Positions 38,901 through 51,100 of a DNA stretch of 64,000 bases are shown one piece after another. Made by a program: the position numbers and the translations under genes. The first letter of the stretch is position 1. Every line of letters begins with the position of its first letter. Under the pieces are notes generated by a model that was not told the DNA's origin, made no database searches, and was given only the letters and a program-made list of their open reading frames with translations. The stretch lies in NCBI GenBank assembly GCA_965644315.1, contig CBFFRQ010000018.1, positions 186,001 through 250,000 on the forward strand, written 5' to 3'. Source of the DNA: Caecitellus pseudoparvulus (Eukaryota > Protista > Bigyra: Bicosoecida).

Positions 38901-41900
38901 CGCACGCCCACGGAAATCGTGCAGCAGGCAGCGGAGGAAGCGCACGGGAAAGTGGAGGACGTCGCAGTGACGGGTCCGCCCATGCACTATGGCAGCCACT
39001 ACAGCAACGCCTCCTTCACCGCCTGGTACCTGCTGCGCGTGGAGCCATGGACGTCGTACCATGTCGTGCTGCACGACGGCAAGTTCGACGCGCCCAACAG
39101 GCAACTGCGCAGCATCGCCGCCGCCTTTGCCGGCGCAACCAGCAACGACTCGGACGTAAAAGAACTGCCGCCGGAGATGTACTATGCACCAGAATACCTC
39201 ACCATGCAGCGCGGCATGTGTCTGGGCATGGTCAGCACGGAGGAGGGCGACAGGCCACTGCGCGACGTGGAGCTGCCGCCCTGGGCCCACGGCTCCCCGC
39301 ACCGCTTTGTGACCCTCATGCGGGCAGCGCTGGAGAGCGAGCATGTGTCGGCTCACCTGCACTCCTGGGTGGAGCTGGTGTTCGGTCACCGTCAGTACGG
39401 CCCGTACCACCCCTGGGCTTCCCACGGCGACGCCGCGGTGCAGTCGCTGAATGTGTACAACTACCGCCTGTACGACGGGCCATTTGTGAACTTGCTGCCA
39501 CGGCTTCGCTCCCGCCGCCCCAGTCTGTGGCGGTCCACCATGACCAGCCTGGAGTCCTTCGGCCAGCAGCCAGCTGTCCTCTTCACAGACGCACTGCCCG
39601 CACGGCACCGGCTCGGTAGCATTGCGCTGCACGTGCCCCTGTTCAGCCGCTCGCACGGCCACAGCGACGCAGTGGATGGCTGGGCGCGCACCTCTGTCGG
39701 CTTGCTCTCCCAGCAGGCCTCGCCAGAGCCCCAAGAGGAGGGGGAGCTGGCTGTGCTGGAGCCGGGCGGACGGCGTCTGCAAGTGCACGTGGCGGTGGCC
39801 ACGAAGCTGCTGCAGGCGTACAATCCAGGCGTGTCCCCCGACACGCCACGGGTCATCTTGGACCGTGGTAGCGCCAGCGCCATCCCCCTGGTGGTCATGG
39901 TGGGCCCAGGCGGCCACGTGGCCTTGGCCACATCCGAGGACGTGCGTGCCGCGGCGCAAAACGGCGGCCTGGTGCCCCCCGCTGCCCTGGAGCGAGCAGG
40001 GTTTGACATGAGCCGCCGGCTCTCCCCTGTGAATGCCTCGCCACGCCACGCACCTCTGAAGGGCAAGGCCAGCCCTGTGGAGGGCAGCCCTGTACGAGGG
40101 TCGCCTGAGCGGCTAGTGCCGGGGGCTGGGCAGGCGGCGAGCGGGTCTGCCGAGGTAGCGGCGGTGACGGCGGGGCGAGTGGGCGTCGTGCCCCGCAACA
40201 TCATCCTGTGGCTGGCCTCTCACCGGCACACGGAAGTGGTGCACGCTGCCTGGGAGCAGGTGAAGGCAGCCCTGGCCATCGCCCAGGCGCACGAACACGA
40301 CGTGTTGTTTGAGAGGATGTTCCGGGACGCCTACTGCGACGAGGAAAGCAGGGCGCACAGCGAGAGTGATGGCAGCGGCAGCGACAGGACGCCGCCTTCG
40401 ACTGAGAGTGAGCCTGGCAGCTCCAACGGCAGTGGTGGCGGGGCGTCCCCCTCGTCGGTCAGGAGCGTGTGGCCCGCTGCCTCCCTGGCCAGCATGGCGC
40501 CGCACACGGAGCGCATGGGGCTGTCCCTGCACACGGCCCCCATCGTGCAGCTGTCCCTGTGCTGTGTCGCAGATTCCGACCAGCATGGCAACTCCGCTGT
40601 GCTGGGCAGCGGCGATGTGCACGGGACGGGCACCCTGCTGACTCTGGACGCCAATGGCACGTTGGGGCTGCACCAATGGCGGCAAGTGCGCGGCAAGGGC
40701 ATGGCGGGCGCCGGCCTCCGTGAGCTGGCTCTCGACGGCACCTTGCCGGCTGCCGCCACCACTGCCGAGGTGTTGGGGCTGCCTCTGGCGCCCGCCCGGG
40801 GCGTCCTCATGGGGGGCATGTCGCAGAAGGCGCTGCAGTTGACGTGGCAGGGCAAGGGCTCCTTCCGAGGCGACGTCATGGCCCGTGGGCGCCTGGACTC
40901 GGCTCTCTCCACAGCTGCCCTGGGCAGCGCGGCGGGCCGGGCTGGCGGCACTCGACTGTCGCCCCGCGACGGCGCCGCGGGCGGCAGCGCCAGCCTCATG
41001 CGCCGCAGTGCCAGTGGCGGGCTGGACGCCTCGGCACCCCTGGTGCTGCCGCGGCCCCTCCTGGCCCGCCTGCCGACAGACGGCGTTGGCAATGCGTCAG
41101 CGGCGGCAGAGTGCATTGCTGCAGCGCGGAGGGCGATGTCCAGGGCCCACGTGGCCATCCCCACCGCAGCACCTCGGCTGTTGGGGGGTGTCAGTGTCCT
41201 GGATGGGGACGTCCCCCTGCCCAGCACACCGGACAGGGCGGCGTCGAACGTGCTGCCCACCCAGCGCCTGACGGCGGACGCGAGCGGCACACACTGGGTG
41301 GTGGCGGCCACGCAGCACCAGCGGGCGTCCAGGGACGGATCTGGACAGCAAAGCTTGGGCTCCAGCTTCCATGGGGAGGAGGAGCGGTTCGTGGGCAGTG
41401 AGCTGGGAGCCGGTGCGTCGCTGGCGGCGCCATGGCTGCGACCCTGGAGGACGGCAGTCCTGTCGGGAGGGCGCCACTTGGTGTCCACTGGCCACGCAGA
41501 CGGCACGTTCAAGGTGACAGACCTGGCCACGGGCGAGGTGGTGTGCTCAGTGTCGGCGTCAGGCGCGCCGACACTGTGCGTTGCGGCATGTGCCGTGGGG
41601 CACCGCACGGCGACGGCAGGTGCAGTGGGCGCCCTGGGCAAGTCCAACACCAGCGGGCATGCAGGCAGTGGGCCCACAGTGCCCTTCATTGGTGAAGAAG
41701 ACGAAGAGGGCGGGGATGGCGCTGCGCAGGCAGCGGCTGTGGCAGAGCAGCCGTCGCGGCAGCGGTGGGTGGATGTCTCAGCGCGGGACGGCAGCTTGTT
41801 CGTGGACTCCAGGGTGTGGACGCTCGTCGCGACGGATGTGCTGGTGGTGGGCAGTGCGGACGCCACTGTGCGTGTGTGGGCTTGCCGCATGGACAGCGCC

Positions 41901-42788
41901 GTGCCACGCCTGAGGTGTGTCCTGCACGCACACACCGCCCCTGTGCTTTGCGTGGCAGCCGACACGCGCCTGGACACCGTCCTGTCCAGCGGAGCAGACG
42001 GCGTGCTGGCCGTGCACGCTCTGCACGATGGGCGCAGTCTGTGCAGCGTGACGCCACCGGCCCGCCTGCGAGAGACACCTCTGCCTTTGCCCCTCACCTG
42101 GTGCGGCCTGTCCCCAGCTGGCGTCATCGTGGCATACTCTGCCGCGGAAGAGACCCTGTGGTCTTACTCCTTGATGGGGGAGGCTCTCGCAGGCCCTGTG
42201 CCAGCGCGGCAGCAGGCCCTGGCGTTCGCGTGGACTGAGGACGGCGAGTCACTGTTGGTGGGCGGCACGTCGCACTTCGTCGTCGTGTACAACGCACAGA
42301 CGCTGGAGGTGCAGCAGTTCCTCGGCGCAGGCGGCACCCCTATGCGCACGGTGCCCCGTGCCGTGGAAGATGCCATGCTGCTGGCTGAGCTCCGAGCTCG
42401 CTCTGGTGCGGGAGGGGCGGCGCTAAAGGCGGACGGCGCAGCAGCTCAGCTGGGCACAGGCCGCGACGGGGGCCACGGGCCCGAGGACCCGATGCAAGCC
42501 GCGGCACCATCACCGGAATCGGCGGGTAGCGTTGCTTCAAGCGAGGGGGGTGAGTGTGGGAGTCCCGAGGAAGATGCCCGCCTCTTGCGGGACGCCCGGC
42601 AGCGGCGCCTTGCCGCTGAGCTGTCCCAGCTGCCGCCGCTGCCGTCCGCCGTCACAGCTCTGCGCCTGACTCGAGGGGAGCGCAACTTGATGGTTGGACT
42701 GCACAATGGGAGTGTGATGGTGTTTAACACTGACAAGGAGGTCGTGATCCGGCAGCAGATGGAGATGCTGCTGGATGAAGTGTGGTGA
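23943..42788 (+). CDS. Giant BEACH-domain protein (ConA/LamG-like, PH, BEACH, WD40), ~6,200 aa
   Basis: Open frame 24315-42788. WPRSGFSIVLWFRLD (~30190); PH with RRYMLQPTALEVF; BEACH with MSNFEFL..NRLAGRTYND..QYPVFPWVL, HYGSHYS, DVKELPPEMY, DVELPPWA, ALESEHVS and FGQQP; C-terminal WD40s. Proposed 5' exons 23943-24031 and 24095-24164 are less certain. Confidence 0.93.
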
Positions 42789-43397
42789 TTTTGCATCATT
42801 CGCGGATCTCAAATTCATCCCCCCAGCTGCACCGCCTGCCAAGCTTTTACTCCCAACCTTCACTCATCCAAGACTGCCATCATCATGTGAGTTCCGTTGC
42901 CCCTGCCTGCCTTGTTGCCTCTTGTTTTGCCATTCATGTGTCCCACACCGTGCCTCGCTTGCGAGCCACGGCTGCTCGGCAGCCCTGCCCTGTTGGTCCG
43001 CCGTCTGCCGTACGCGTGCCTCCCACCCGCTGGCGGCGTGCCCAGCCGTGGCCCTGGCACTGCAGTCACTGCATGACCACGTCTAAGCGCGTGTGTGCGT
43101 GCTGCATGTGTGTGGAGGCCGGCATCAGCCCCGGCCAGCCTCGGCTGTGGCTGGCAGCACGGTCAAATTCCGCCACTTGCACCTGCACTGCAGCCCAGCC
43201 CTCGCCTGCGGGCGCACTGCTGTGACATGTGTATGGTTCGATGCATTGCATAGCTTTGTGTCACCTGGTGCTGCTTTCCAGCTCATGCATGCCGTGTTCT
43301 CGCCTCCTCCGACACCAACGCACTCAGCCCCCCATCGCCTCACCCTCCACAGCTCTTTCTGATCTGTCCTGGTGTATGCTCACCCAAAGCATCCACC

Positions 43398-43475
43398 ATG
43401 CGCGATAAGTGGAAGAAGAAGCGCCAGCGCCGGCTCAAGCGCAAGCGCCGCCGCATGCGCAAGCGCGCCAACTAA
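43398..43475 (+). CDS. RPL41: Ribosomal protein eL41
   Basis: CCACC-ATG followed by MRDKWKKKRQRRLKRKRRRMRKRAN-stop (25 aa), the typical eL41 length and pattern. Below the ORF-track size cutoff. Confidence 0.96.
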   Translation: MRDKWKKKRQRRLKRKRRRMRKRAN

Positions 43476-43897
43476 GCGCTTGACCATGCAGGGGGTTGTG
43501 TAGGCTGTCCCGTCTCCGCTCTCGACTCATGATGCCTGTCCTGGCCATCTCGCTGTGCACGACGTTGTGTGGTGCGCCTGCAGGGTCGCACGGCGCTGCT
43601 GTGGGAGGGGGTGATGTGACAGCAAACGTAGTCATACACCCCACGATACTAGCGTGTGCGACCCTGTTGGCGGCTGCCACACAACGGACGTGCACAGGCC
43701 TTGAGTCAGGATCAGTGTCGTGTATTCGGGGGCTGTGGCGGCCGGCCTGGGCATCTTCCTGTGGGCACTCTGGGCCCGCCGTGTTGCCTGCGGGGGGGGC
43801 GGCCTCGGCCCTCCTCCCTGTGAAATGCATCGCTGGCTCGCAGTCACTTCCACACTCACGACGCCCTCGCGCCTGTCAAGGACTGCCGCCCTGCACC

Positions 43898-45597
43898 ATG
43901 GCTGCGCAGGAGGAGGGTGGGGCTCCGGCCCGGGGCGGCAGCGTGGGGCGCAAAGACAGCGCCCCCGCTGCGCCAGCTCGAGAGGCGCCAGTGTGCCTGC
44001 GAGGGGACCGGACCTTGAATGAGTATGTTGTGGACCCCGCGGAGGCGGACGGCGTCATGTTCTTCTTGCATGGCGCCCTGTCCAACCTGCACGTGTGGGA
44101 TGCTCAGTTGCGGCACTTTTCCAAGCGCAAGCAGCGTTTGAGGGTGGTTGCATGGGACGCGTATGGCTGCGGCGACAGCGACAAGCCCGATACGTGGAAG
44201 GCGTACGACGAGGAGGAGCTGCTGCAGGACGCACGGGCCATGTGGGACAAGTACTACATGGAGGGCAAGCGCAACGTCATCGTCGGGCACTCCTTTGGCT
44301 CAGCGCTGGCAGTCAGGTGAGCCCCAATTCCGCAGCACCCACTCATCGCTCTGAGGCCTGGGGGCCACGTTGCCGTGGCCCCCGCTGGTGCAGCAGGGGA
44401 GGCACACCCTGTCACACACTGCTGCAACGCCTTGTGCCCCACTTTGTGTCACAGACTCGCCTGTGACGCTGCTGTCACGCCGCACGTGGGTGGGCTGTGC
44501 CTGCTCGGCGTGTCGCCGCTGAAGCCGGCTGAGGCGGACAGCTGGCTCTTTCGCATGCCCAACTGGACCATGTCTTGCGTGCGGGGCAACGTGGACAAGG
44601 TCAGGCGCCAGCGGTGCCGGCAGCAGCGACGCACCGCGCCCACCCACCGCCCATCCACCGCCCCTCCCACAGGCCTTCATCGACAAGGCGTTTCACAAGA
44701 GCTCCAGCGAAGACTTGAAAGCCCTGGCGCTGCAGCAGGCCACCCACAACCCCTGGCACGTCATCAAGGCCTTCTACCGGCAGCTGCAGTGGGACCTGGG
44801 GACCCTGTGGGGGCGCCTGCGCATGCCCCTGCTCCTCATCACCGGCGCATCAGACGGCATCTGCCCCTTTGCTGGGGCACGCAAGGCGTTCGACCTCGTC
44901 GCTGCCGCCCGCCTGGGCGTCAGCATCACAGCCCTGAACGAGCGCCCTGACGCGCCGCCGCCCCGCCGCCTGTCCTCAGCCACGGACATGGCCCAGGGAC
45001 CCACCCGCCGCCCCAGCATCGCAGGGCCAGGCCGCCCCAGTCGGGCCGGTAGCGCCATGCGCAAGGGCTCCTCCCTGCGGCGCCAGGGCGGTGGCTCCAC
45101 CACCATGGTGTCTGTCGTCACTGCCAGGGTCCAGGAAGTGCTGGTGAAGGGGTATACCTGCTGCAAGGGCCGGGTGCAGCTGGCAGCGGTGGGGTCCGCC
45201 TCTCACCAGGTCATGCAGGAGCAGGCACGGGTGGTGAATATCCTCGTGGACACGTGGATGCGGGAGTACGCCCTGCTCCGCTCCTCCTCGGGCAAGGTGG
45301 TGAATGGGGCTGCGCCGGCAGGCGCCATGGCTGGTGCGCTGACGGGGTCGGCAGGTGGGCCCATTGCTCCCGTAACCAGTGGAGATGCCGCCACTGCACA
45401 GGCCCTCATGTCGTCCGGCATGGGCTTGGGGGGCGGCGCTGGTGGGGGGGGTAGCCCCGACTTCAGGGGACGCACAGGCAGCGTAGTGTCCAATTTGTCC
45501 GCCGCCATGATGGACTCTGACACTGAGTCCGACGACGAGGATGGCTTCGGCGAGGCCCTTAGAGGCCTCATTCCCTCTGTGCCAGCGCCAGCTCCAG

Positions 45598-45655
<58 letters not shown>

Positions 45656-45848
45656 AGCTCCAGCTCCAGCACCAGCGGAGGTTGCAGCCAGTGCAGGCGC
45701 AGGCGAAGGCACACCAGCGCCAAGCGAGAGTGTGGGTGGGGACACAGTCGCACCTGCGCGACCGGGCCTGCCGAGTGCTGCGAAAAAGGCGCCACGCGGC
45801 AGCCGTGTGGCGGCCATGATGGCCAAGGCCCGCGCAGGGGGGAAGTAG
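43898..45848 (+). CDS. Alpha/beta hydrolase, ABHD8-like
   Basis: Motifs FFLHGALS, DAYGCGDS, KRNVIVGHSFG (Ser), GASDGICP (Asp) and ASHQVMQE (His). Introns 44317-44454 and 44600-44672. Confidence 0.85.
45582..45677 (+). repeat. (CCAGCN)x16 coding repeat encoding (Pro-Ala)16
   Basis: Direct reading of the hexamer array in the hydrolase C-terminal tail. Confidence 0.95.
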
Positions 45849-45995
45849 GGGGTGTCCGCACACTGGTGACCAGGGGCATCAGTGGGCCGTAATTAAATGC
45901 AGTGTGAACTACTTGTCCTGCCGTCGAAGCAGGGCGCGTCATGGGACTGCCACACCCTGCACACCAGCAGCAAGCCAGGCAACACCCTGCCCGGC

Positions 45996-48036
45996 ATGTA
46001 CGCGCTGAACCTGGCTGCGACGCGGGGAGGGGATGGAGCATCATGGAAGAGCATTGTGCATTCCAGACTGCAGTGCCGGGACTCCCTTGAGATGGCGCCG
46101 TACGCACAGCTGGCTCGAATTCGTGCGTGGGAGGCCGGTGCGGAGTTTCGTGAGCTTGGCACCGCAACACGCCAACGCCCTGTGAAGCGCAGAGCGCCAG
46201 CTGCGTGCCGAGAACACGCAGCTGCAGGGGCAAGTATCAACACTCCGGGCGTCAGGTGGAGGTGCAGGCGGGGAAGGCAGCGCAGAGGTGGAGCGGCGGG
46301 CCGCTGCGTTGCAGGAGGAGCTCACCGCTGTGTATCGGCGAGAAGCGGAGACCAGCCGGGAGCACTTGAAGGTGGCGGGCGAGGTGCAGAGCCTGCGCAA
46401 GGAGTTGCAGGTGTTGAAAGATTCGCAGGAACTGCACCAGGCTCGCCTGACGAGCGCAGAGGCCAAGGCTGAGAGCCTGGCGTCAGCCCTGGCAAGCAGC
46501 GAGGGCGAGGTGGAGGTGCTTCGAGAGGAGCTGACGGCGGTGCGGCAGTCCCTGTCGCGGGCGGAGGAAGAAAAGTCAGCTGTGCAGGCTGACCACGACA
46601 AGCTCGTGCAGCGCTTGGTGGCTGAGCGCGCCAAGGCCACTGCTGACATAGCTGCGTTGCGCGCGGAGCTTGCGGCGGCGGCGGGCACGTCCGGCGCAGG
46701 CAGCGCGTTCCGAGGCGCTGCCGCCGAGGGCGCCGATGCTGACGGGGAAGATGCAGGTGCAGGGCTGGCAGATGAGGGGGAGGGTGGGTGGGAGGTGGTC
46801 AGCGAGACGGGCATTCCCTCGCAGGCGCGGCAGGTGGTGCCTGCCCACGAAAAAGGCATCAACGCGCTCGCCTTCTCAGAGACCTCTGCCATCGTCGCGT
46901 CTGCCAGTTCGGACGGCACTGTCGGGTTGTGGGACGCAGTCACTGCGAAACGCAGGGGCACCCTGCGTGGCGGCGACGCTGCAGGCGCCGTCATGTGCGT
47001 TCACGTGGCCGGCGGCGTGGCTGCCGGCGGCACCTCCTCGCGTGTTGTGCACGTGTGGGACCTCAGCACGGAGCGCGTGCGGGTGAACTTGACGGGGCAC
47101 GCAGGGAAGGTGTACGGTGTGCAGTTCGTGAATGGCGGGCGCACGTTGGTGACGGCGTCCACGGACCGCACCGTGAAGATTTGGGACTTGGCGGGGGGCG
47201 GCCAGTGCGTCCGCACAATTGACGGGCGCAGCATCGTGAACTGCATGGCTGTCAGCCGGGATGGCGGTGCCATTGTCACTGGGCACCAAAACAGTATGGT
47301 GGCGGTGTGGGACGCCCGCACAGGCGCCAAGATGGCAGAGAACCGCGCCCAGCACGCCGCAGCCATTACTGACGTGCAGTTGTCAACTTCCGCCGACGGC
47401 CACGCGTACATCCTCACCATGTCCAAGGACAACACCCTGGCCCTGCTGGACGGACGAACGCTGGACTGCATGCACAGCGAGGGCAGCGGCAGTCCACGAG
47501 CGCACAGGGGCACGTCGGGGCCGGCGGCGGCAAGTGCGACCAGCTCCACCGCCCCGCCGCGTGACAGTGGCCGCTCGTCCTGGGGCTTCTCCTCCCTCCT
47601 CTCCTCCATGACGGGGTCGCCCTCCCCAGCACAGACTCGCTTGCCCGTGACGTCATCAGCTGCCGCTGTGGGGGGGGGTGGGCCCAGCCCCTCGGCCGAT
47701 CACGTGCGCGGCCCCAACATGAAGAGCACCGCATTCCGCGTTGCGTTCAACTGGTCCGACGCCGCGCTCTCGCCACGCCCCGTGCCCGCCGCCACAGTGG
47801 AGGCTGCAGCCGGCAGAACTGGCGCCGCAGCAGCTGCTGCACCAGGCGTGCCCCACTACCTCGCAGCGGCAGGTGGAAGCGACGGCAGTGTGTTTTTGTG
47901 GGACGTCGCGACGCGGTGGCCGGTGGCCGTGCTGGGCAAGGCGCACGCGTCGCCTGTGGCCAGCGTGGCGTTTTCAGGGGATGCTCGCCGCCTGGTGAGT
48001 GGTGATGGGGCGGGTGTGCTGGCGTTCTGGCAGTGA
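45996..48036 (+). CDS. ATG16: Autophagy protein ATG16 (ATG16L1-type, with WD40 propeller)
   Basis: N-terminal helix WKSIVHSRLQCRD (ATG5-binding-like). Intron 46123-46192. Coiled coil with LQEELT. WD40s LTGHAGKV, TASTDRTVKIWDL, NWSDAALSP and AAGGSDGSVFLW. Confidence 0.88.
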
Positions 48037-48128
48037 CGGGCCGCCGGAGCCCGCAAACCCCGCTGTGCGGAATGCATTGCGCTGCACGTGCGCGCCGCCC
48101 GTTCCCCGCGCACGCCCCCACGCACAGC

Positions 48129-51100
48129 TCAAGCGTGCTGGGCAGCGTCCAGGAACTGCGCCTGCACTGCCGCGGCATCCGCCTCATGCCCCGCCTGACG
48201 CAGGGCCGGCGCCAGGGCGGACGCGGCGGCCTCCTCCAGCTCCCCGTCTCCCTCCTCCCCCGCCGCTGTGAGGACTGAGGACAGGTGGGCAATGCCCTCT
48301 TCCACCTCGCCTTCCTGCACCAGCAGACGGCCCAGGTGGTACCCTGCCCACGCCACCTGCACCCCCGTCACGACGTCACCCTGCCCTGCGCCGCCGAGGA
48401 CACGCCGGAGCAATTGCACGGCAATTGCCGTCTTGCCCGCCGCCTCGTACCCCGCCGCCAGCTCCTGCAGCAGTGCGGCGTGCCTGGCTCCGCCCAGACC
48501 GTGCTTCAGCGCCTGTCCCAGTGCCGCCGCCGCCTCAGGGTGCCGAGGCGGCGACGCCGACAGACACAGCAGCGCCAGCAGCCCCCAAATGGTGGGCGAG
48601 TGGTTGTCTCGCACGTTGGCCTCGCCCAGCGCCGCCTCCGCTTCCTCCAGCGCCCCCAGGCGCAGCGCGGCACGCCCGGCACCAGCCCAAGCAATTGCCC
48701 AGCCAGTGCTCGCAGCCACGCGCAAGAACACCTCCTGCGCCGCTGCAGCCAGGCTGGCAGTGGACTTGGCTGCAGTGGCGGCGGTGGCGGGGGCCTCCTT
48801 GCCCTCCTGCGCCGGTGATGTGGCGGTGATGGCGGGGGTGGTCGGCGCCGGCGCGTCGTGTCCCCCCCCCACCCCCGCCTCGTGCTGCGCCAGGTACACC
48901 CCTGCCATGCGCAGCAGCAGGTGGGTGGAGGCTAGCGTGTCCCCCGCCAGCGCGCCGGGGCCGTCTTGCCAGCCCCCCACAGCCATCTCCATGGACCGCC
49001 GGGCGGCGGCGGTGGAGCCACCCTCCGCCTCCACCTGCCCACGGTGGGCCCATGCCTCGCGACACCCTGGGTCCAGCGCCAGAGCCGCATCCAGTGCATC
49101 CAGGGCCAGGGGCAGGGTGTCGGGCACGCCCCCCCGCCAGGCCAGAATGCCTGCTGACGCCTCAAGGATGTACAGGCGAATGTGCACGGGCTTGGGCACG
49201 GTGGCGTCGGTGACACAGGCACGGCCCAATTGGGCCGCGGCTGCCAGCACTGGCAGAAGCCCTGGTCCGTACTTGGCAGCCCAGGCCGCAACCAGGATGT
49301 ACGCGTCGAAGTCAGCAGCGTCCCGGGGCGCAGGGCGGAGGGGGGTGTCGGACCCCCCCCCCTCAGTGGACCCGGAGGGGGGGGGGTCCACGGGCCCCAA
49401 GTCAGACCCCGCCAAGCCCGCTGCCACTGCAGCGCCCACATCGTGGTGCCCGCCCTGCCCCACACCTGCTTCCGCCAGCCCCGCCACTGCCGCCACCAGC
49501 GCGTGGCCGGATGCCTCCACATCCACCACGCCCGTGCCGTCCCTCCCTGAGGCCCCCTGCTCCACAGGGGAGGGGGGGGTGGACCCCGCCGCCGGCCCGT
49601 CCGGTCGAGGCACGACGCCGGTGGCGATGAGCAAGTCACCCCCCCTCGAGGCAGGTGCGGAGGGGGGTACATACCCCCCTCGCACCAGCGACAGCAGTGT
49701 CTCCACCAGGGGCAGGGGCAGGGGCAGTCCCCGCTCCTCGGCGGATGCCGCCCCCGCCGCCAGAGCGCCATCCTCGTCCGCGCCCTCCCCCGCCACGCTG
49801 ACGTCACCCTGCGACACGCGCCGTGCAGTGTGCAGCAGCGGCAAGGCGGCAGAGGGGTGCCCTCGCACCGCCTGCACTACCCCCAGCAGCGTCAGCGCCG
49901 ACACACGAAGGGGGGCGATGGCCACCGCCTCCCGGAAGCACTCAGCTGCCCGCCCTGTGTCGCCGCCCCGCAGCAGGAACTCGCCGTAGTCCTCCCATAA
50001 ACTGGCATCCCATGACGCCCCCGCGCCTCCTCGAGCTGCGCGCTGCTCCATGGACGCCACACGCGCCTGCAGAAGCGCGGCAGCGCGGGGGCGGTCCCCT
50101 TCAAATTCCGCTTCCAGCGCCAGGCGCAGAGAGCGCTGCCGCACGCTCTCCCCGTCGGGGCCGACGTGGGGCACGCCTACAGCTGTTGCAGACATGGGTG
50201 GCGGCTGGGAGGACCCTGGCTGCCGCCCCTGCAGCGCCCACAGACTGGCAGTCACCGGCGACGCGGGTCGACGTGTGGACGCCGCACTGGGCGTGGCGCC
50301 TTGGTGTGGCGCCTGCACCAGCTCGCCAAGGGGCACATCCAGGGCGGCAATGGTCTCCACGTGCCCCACTGTGCGCGCCATGGCTTCGGAGGGCGCCGCA
50401 GAGGCGGTGCTGCTGGGCGCCAACGGGTCGGACGGCGGTGCGACCTGCCCACTGGCACTGGCTGCCTCGGCCAAGTCGAAGGCGATGCGCATGGCACGGT
50501 GCGCCTGTCCCATCAAGTACGTGTACAGCTGGGACAGGAAGGTGTCCCGCACGGCCAGTTCGTCCTCATCCTCCGCGTGCAGCGGCGTGCGCTTGTGGAA
50601 CCGCTCCCGCACCACCCGCACAACCGTGCGCTTCAGGCGCTCCTTCAGCGCCGTGTAGATACCGGAGGTGTTCAGTGCCGCCAACAACGCACGCCGGCGT
50701 TCCTCCCGACTTCCTTCAGCAGCTGCTGCGTGCTCCCTCACCACCGCCACGTACTGCTCTGCGATGGTGTGCACGGCAAGTGCAACGTCCCGCCGAAACT
50801 CCTCCGACGCGCCCAGAGGCGGCGGCACCTCGGCAGGAGGCGCCCGGGGCGGGATGAGGTCAGCAGCTGTCAATTGGGGGGAGGGAGGCGGCGGCGTTGA
50901 CCGCAGCAGCGGCCTGTCCATGACGGCGGTGAGGGTGAGGTAGGTGCTGTACAGGTGCAGGGGGTGAGGGGGCGGGTCGCGTGGCGGCTCGTCGACGGCT
51001 GCCTTGCGCCCCGATCCACTCTTCTTGCCGCGGGGGCTCTTGCCGCCCTTCTTCTTCTTGCTGGCGCCGCCTCGCGGCGATTTCTTGCGCCCACTGCGCT

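Noticed and set aside
42887-43352. Intronic C/D snoRNA in the eL41 leader
   Set aside because: No RTGATGA/CTGA pair was found by eye. H/ACA cannot be excluded without a search.
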